DNA of 63,898 bases, filler included, from Psammoneis japonica (taxonomy: Eukaryota), in the NCBI GenBank assembly GCA_008632985.1. It is 3 parts of 3 records of this genome, joined end to end, with 100 filler letters (N's around TTAATTAATTAA, not from the genome) between each part and the next. Parts side by side here need not be neighbours in the genome. Positions count along the whole stretch, not along the records: positions 49,462 to 63,898 come from QPGO01000496.1; 2 more parts are not named here. One strand, given 5' to 3'. The notes beneath the pieces are model-generated. The model saw only the letters and a list, made by a program, of their open reading frames with translations. It had not been told where the DNA came from and ran no database searches. Positions 62,700-63,898 of this stretch are shown in pieces. The number at the start of each line of letters is the position of its first letter. Position 1 is the stretch's first letter. Made by a program: the position numbers and the translations under genes.

Positions 62700-63898
62700 C
62701 ATGATTTTGTGCCCTTGACCACTTTGCGCCCTTTTGATTTTGTGCCAATGGCACCTTTTTGCTCTCCTGGTTTTTGCCGTTGGCCACTTTGTGCCCTTGT
62801 GCCTTTGTGACTTTTGCACTGTCCTTGGCCAATTTGTGCCCTTTGCAACTTTGTGCCCTCAGCTGCCACCATGCACTCTCGCTCCGTTCAGTGATTTTTT
62901 TTGTGCCCCAGGAAAGTTTGTGCCCTTTGTGTTTTTGTGCCCTCAACTCCCATTTTTTGTCATTTTTTGTTTTGTGCCCTTGGCCATTTTGCACCTTTGA
63001 GATTTTGTGCGCATTTTTGCATTTTCGCGTTTTTGCATTTTTGCATTTTTGCGTTTTCGCATTTTCGCATTTTCGCACCCTCGCTTGCATTTTCACATTT
63101 TTGCTCGCATTTTTGCACTCTCGCATTTGGCGCTGGGGGCACCTTTGAGATTTTGTGCCCTCAGCCATGTTGCGCAATTCTTGATTTTGTGCCCTTGACC
63201 TTTTTGTGCCCTTGGCTGCTTTGTGCCCTTTTCTTTTTTTGTGCCCTTGAGCACTTTGCCCTGTCTCGTGGTTTTGTGCCCTTGGCCATTTTGCGCCCTT
63301 TGTGACTTTGNCTTGACGCGTTCCAGCTCCAGGTGGGACCTTGCACTGCTGAGCTGTGGCATCGACAGTTTTTTGGATCGCACCGCGTGTCGCGCACGTG
63401 GAATTGTGCGAGACTTTTGTGAAATTTTGCATCATTTTGTGGCACACTCATTGAGCAATCCGTCCAACAACTTTTGACATTTTTTGTTGCAGCGCGATTC
63501 TACAATGTCTTGAGAATCGCGCAGGGCAGGCACATTTGCAAAAATGTCAAGTGGCAAGAGGCACAATTGCACCACAAACTTGGCTGTTTGTTTGATGTTG
63601 AAGACAAACATGTCCGCCAACTAAATTCTCGTGCTGCAAAGCTCGCACGCAGAACTCTGCGGGCCCAATGTCGCACGGAGTCCCACCCAGGACTGGATCC
63701 CGTCCCTTTGCCATTTTGTGCCTTTTTTGGTTTTGGGCCCTCAGCCGCATTTGGTGCCCCCAATGATTTTGTGCCTTCAGCAATTTTTGGCCATTGTGGT
63801 TTTGTGCCTTTTGCCATTTTGGACCCTTTCTGATTTTTGCCCTTGGCAGCTTGTGCCCTCAGCCACCACATTTTTGCGCCCTCCAGTCATTTTTGTGC
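62700..63898. repeat. Further partial copy of the TTTGTGCCC macrosatellite
   Basis: 63000-63898 is colinear with 50700-51520, including the same MITE insertion. Confidence 0.9.
63315..63704 (+). mobile_element. MITE family 1, subfamily B, TSD (C)CTT, same insertion point as 50962
   Basis: Identical flanking sequence. Confidence 0.9.

Noticed and set aside
1..63898. rRNA or tRNA genes
   Set aside because: None recognised by eye; a covariance-model search was not possible.

Overview
Eukaryotic, repeat-rich scaffold segment, most likely from a diatom (about 100-bp GT-AG introns, CoDi-type copia elements, diatom-style secreted proteins). Two artificial N/TTAATTAATTAA spacers split it into three contigs. 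Islands of normal composition carry host genes: a two-exon unknown protein, a TMEM128-like gene, a VapA-like secreted-protein pseudogene, a sulfotransferase, and a large Pro/Thr- and Cys-repeat cell-surface protein. Between them lie blocks of nested mobile elements: a tyrosine-recombinase (Ngaro/DIRS-type) retrotransposon with split direct repeats and a putative cytosine-methyltransferase-like ORF, three copia elements, a TRIM, an IS630/Tc1 transposase, a LINE remnant, a ~1.25-kb macrosatellite, and 10 copies of a ~390-bp MITE with 4-bp TSDs. The most striking signal is that repeat blocks have been almost stripped of TpA by A-to-G changes on both strands (TpA to TpG/CpA; Tyr to Cys/His in conserved motifs). 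The boundaries are sharp and there is an apparent TAY context preference. This suggests a repeat-directed adenine hypermutation system running opposite to fungal RIP. All protein calls come from motifs recognised by eye, with no database searches.
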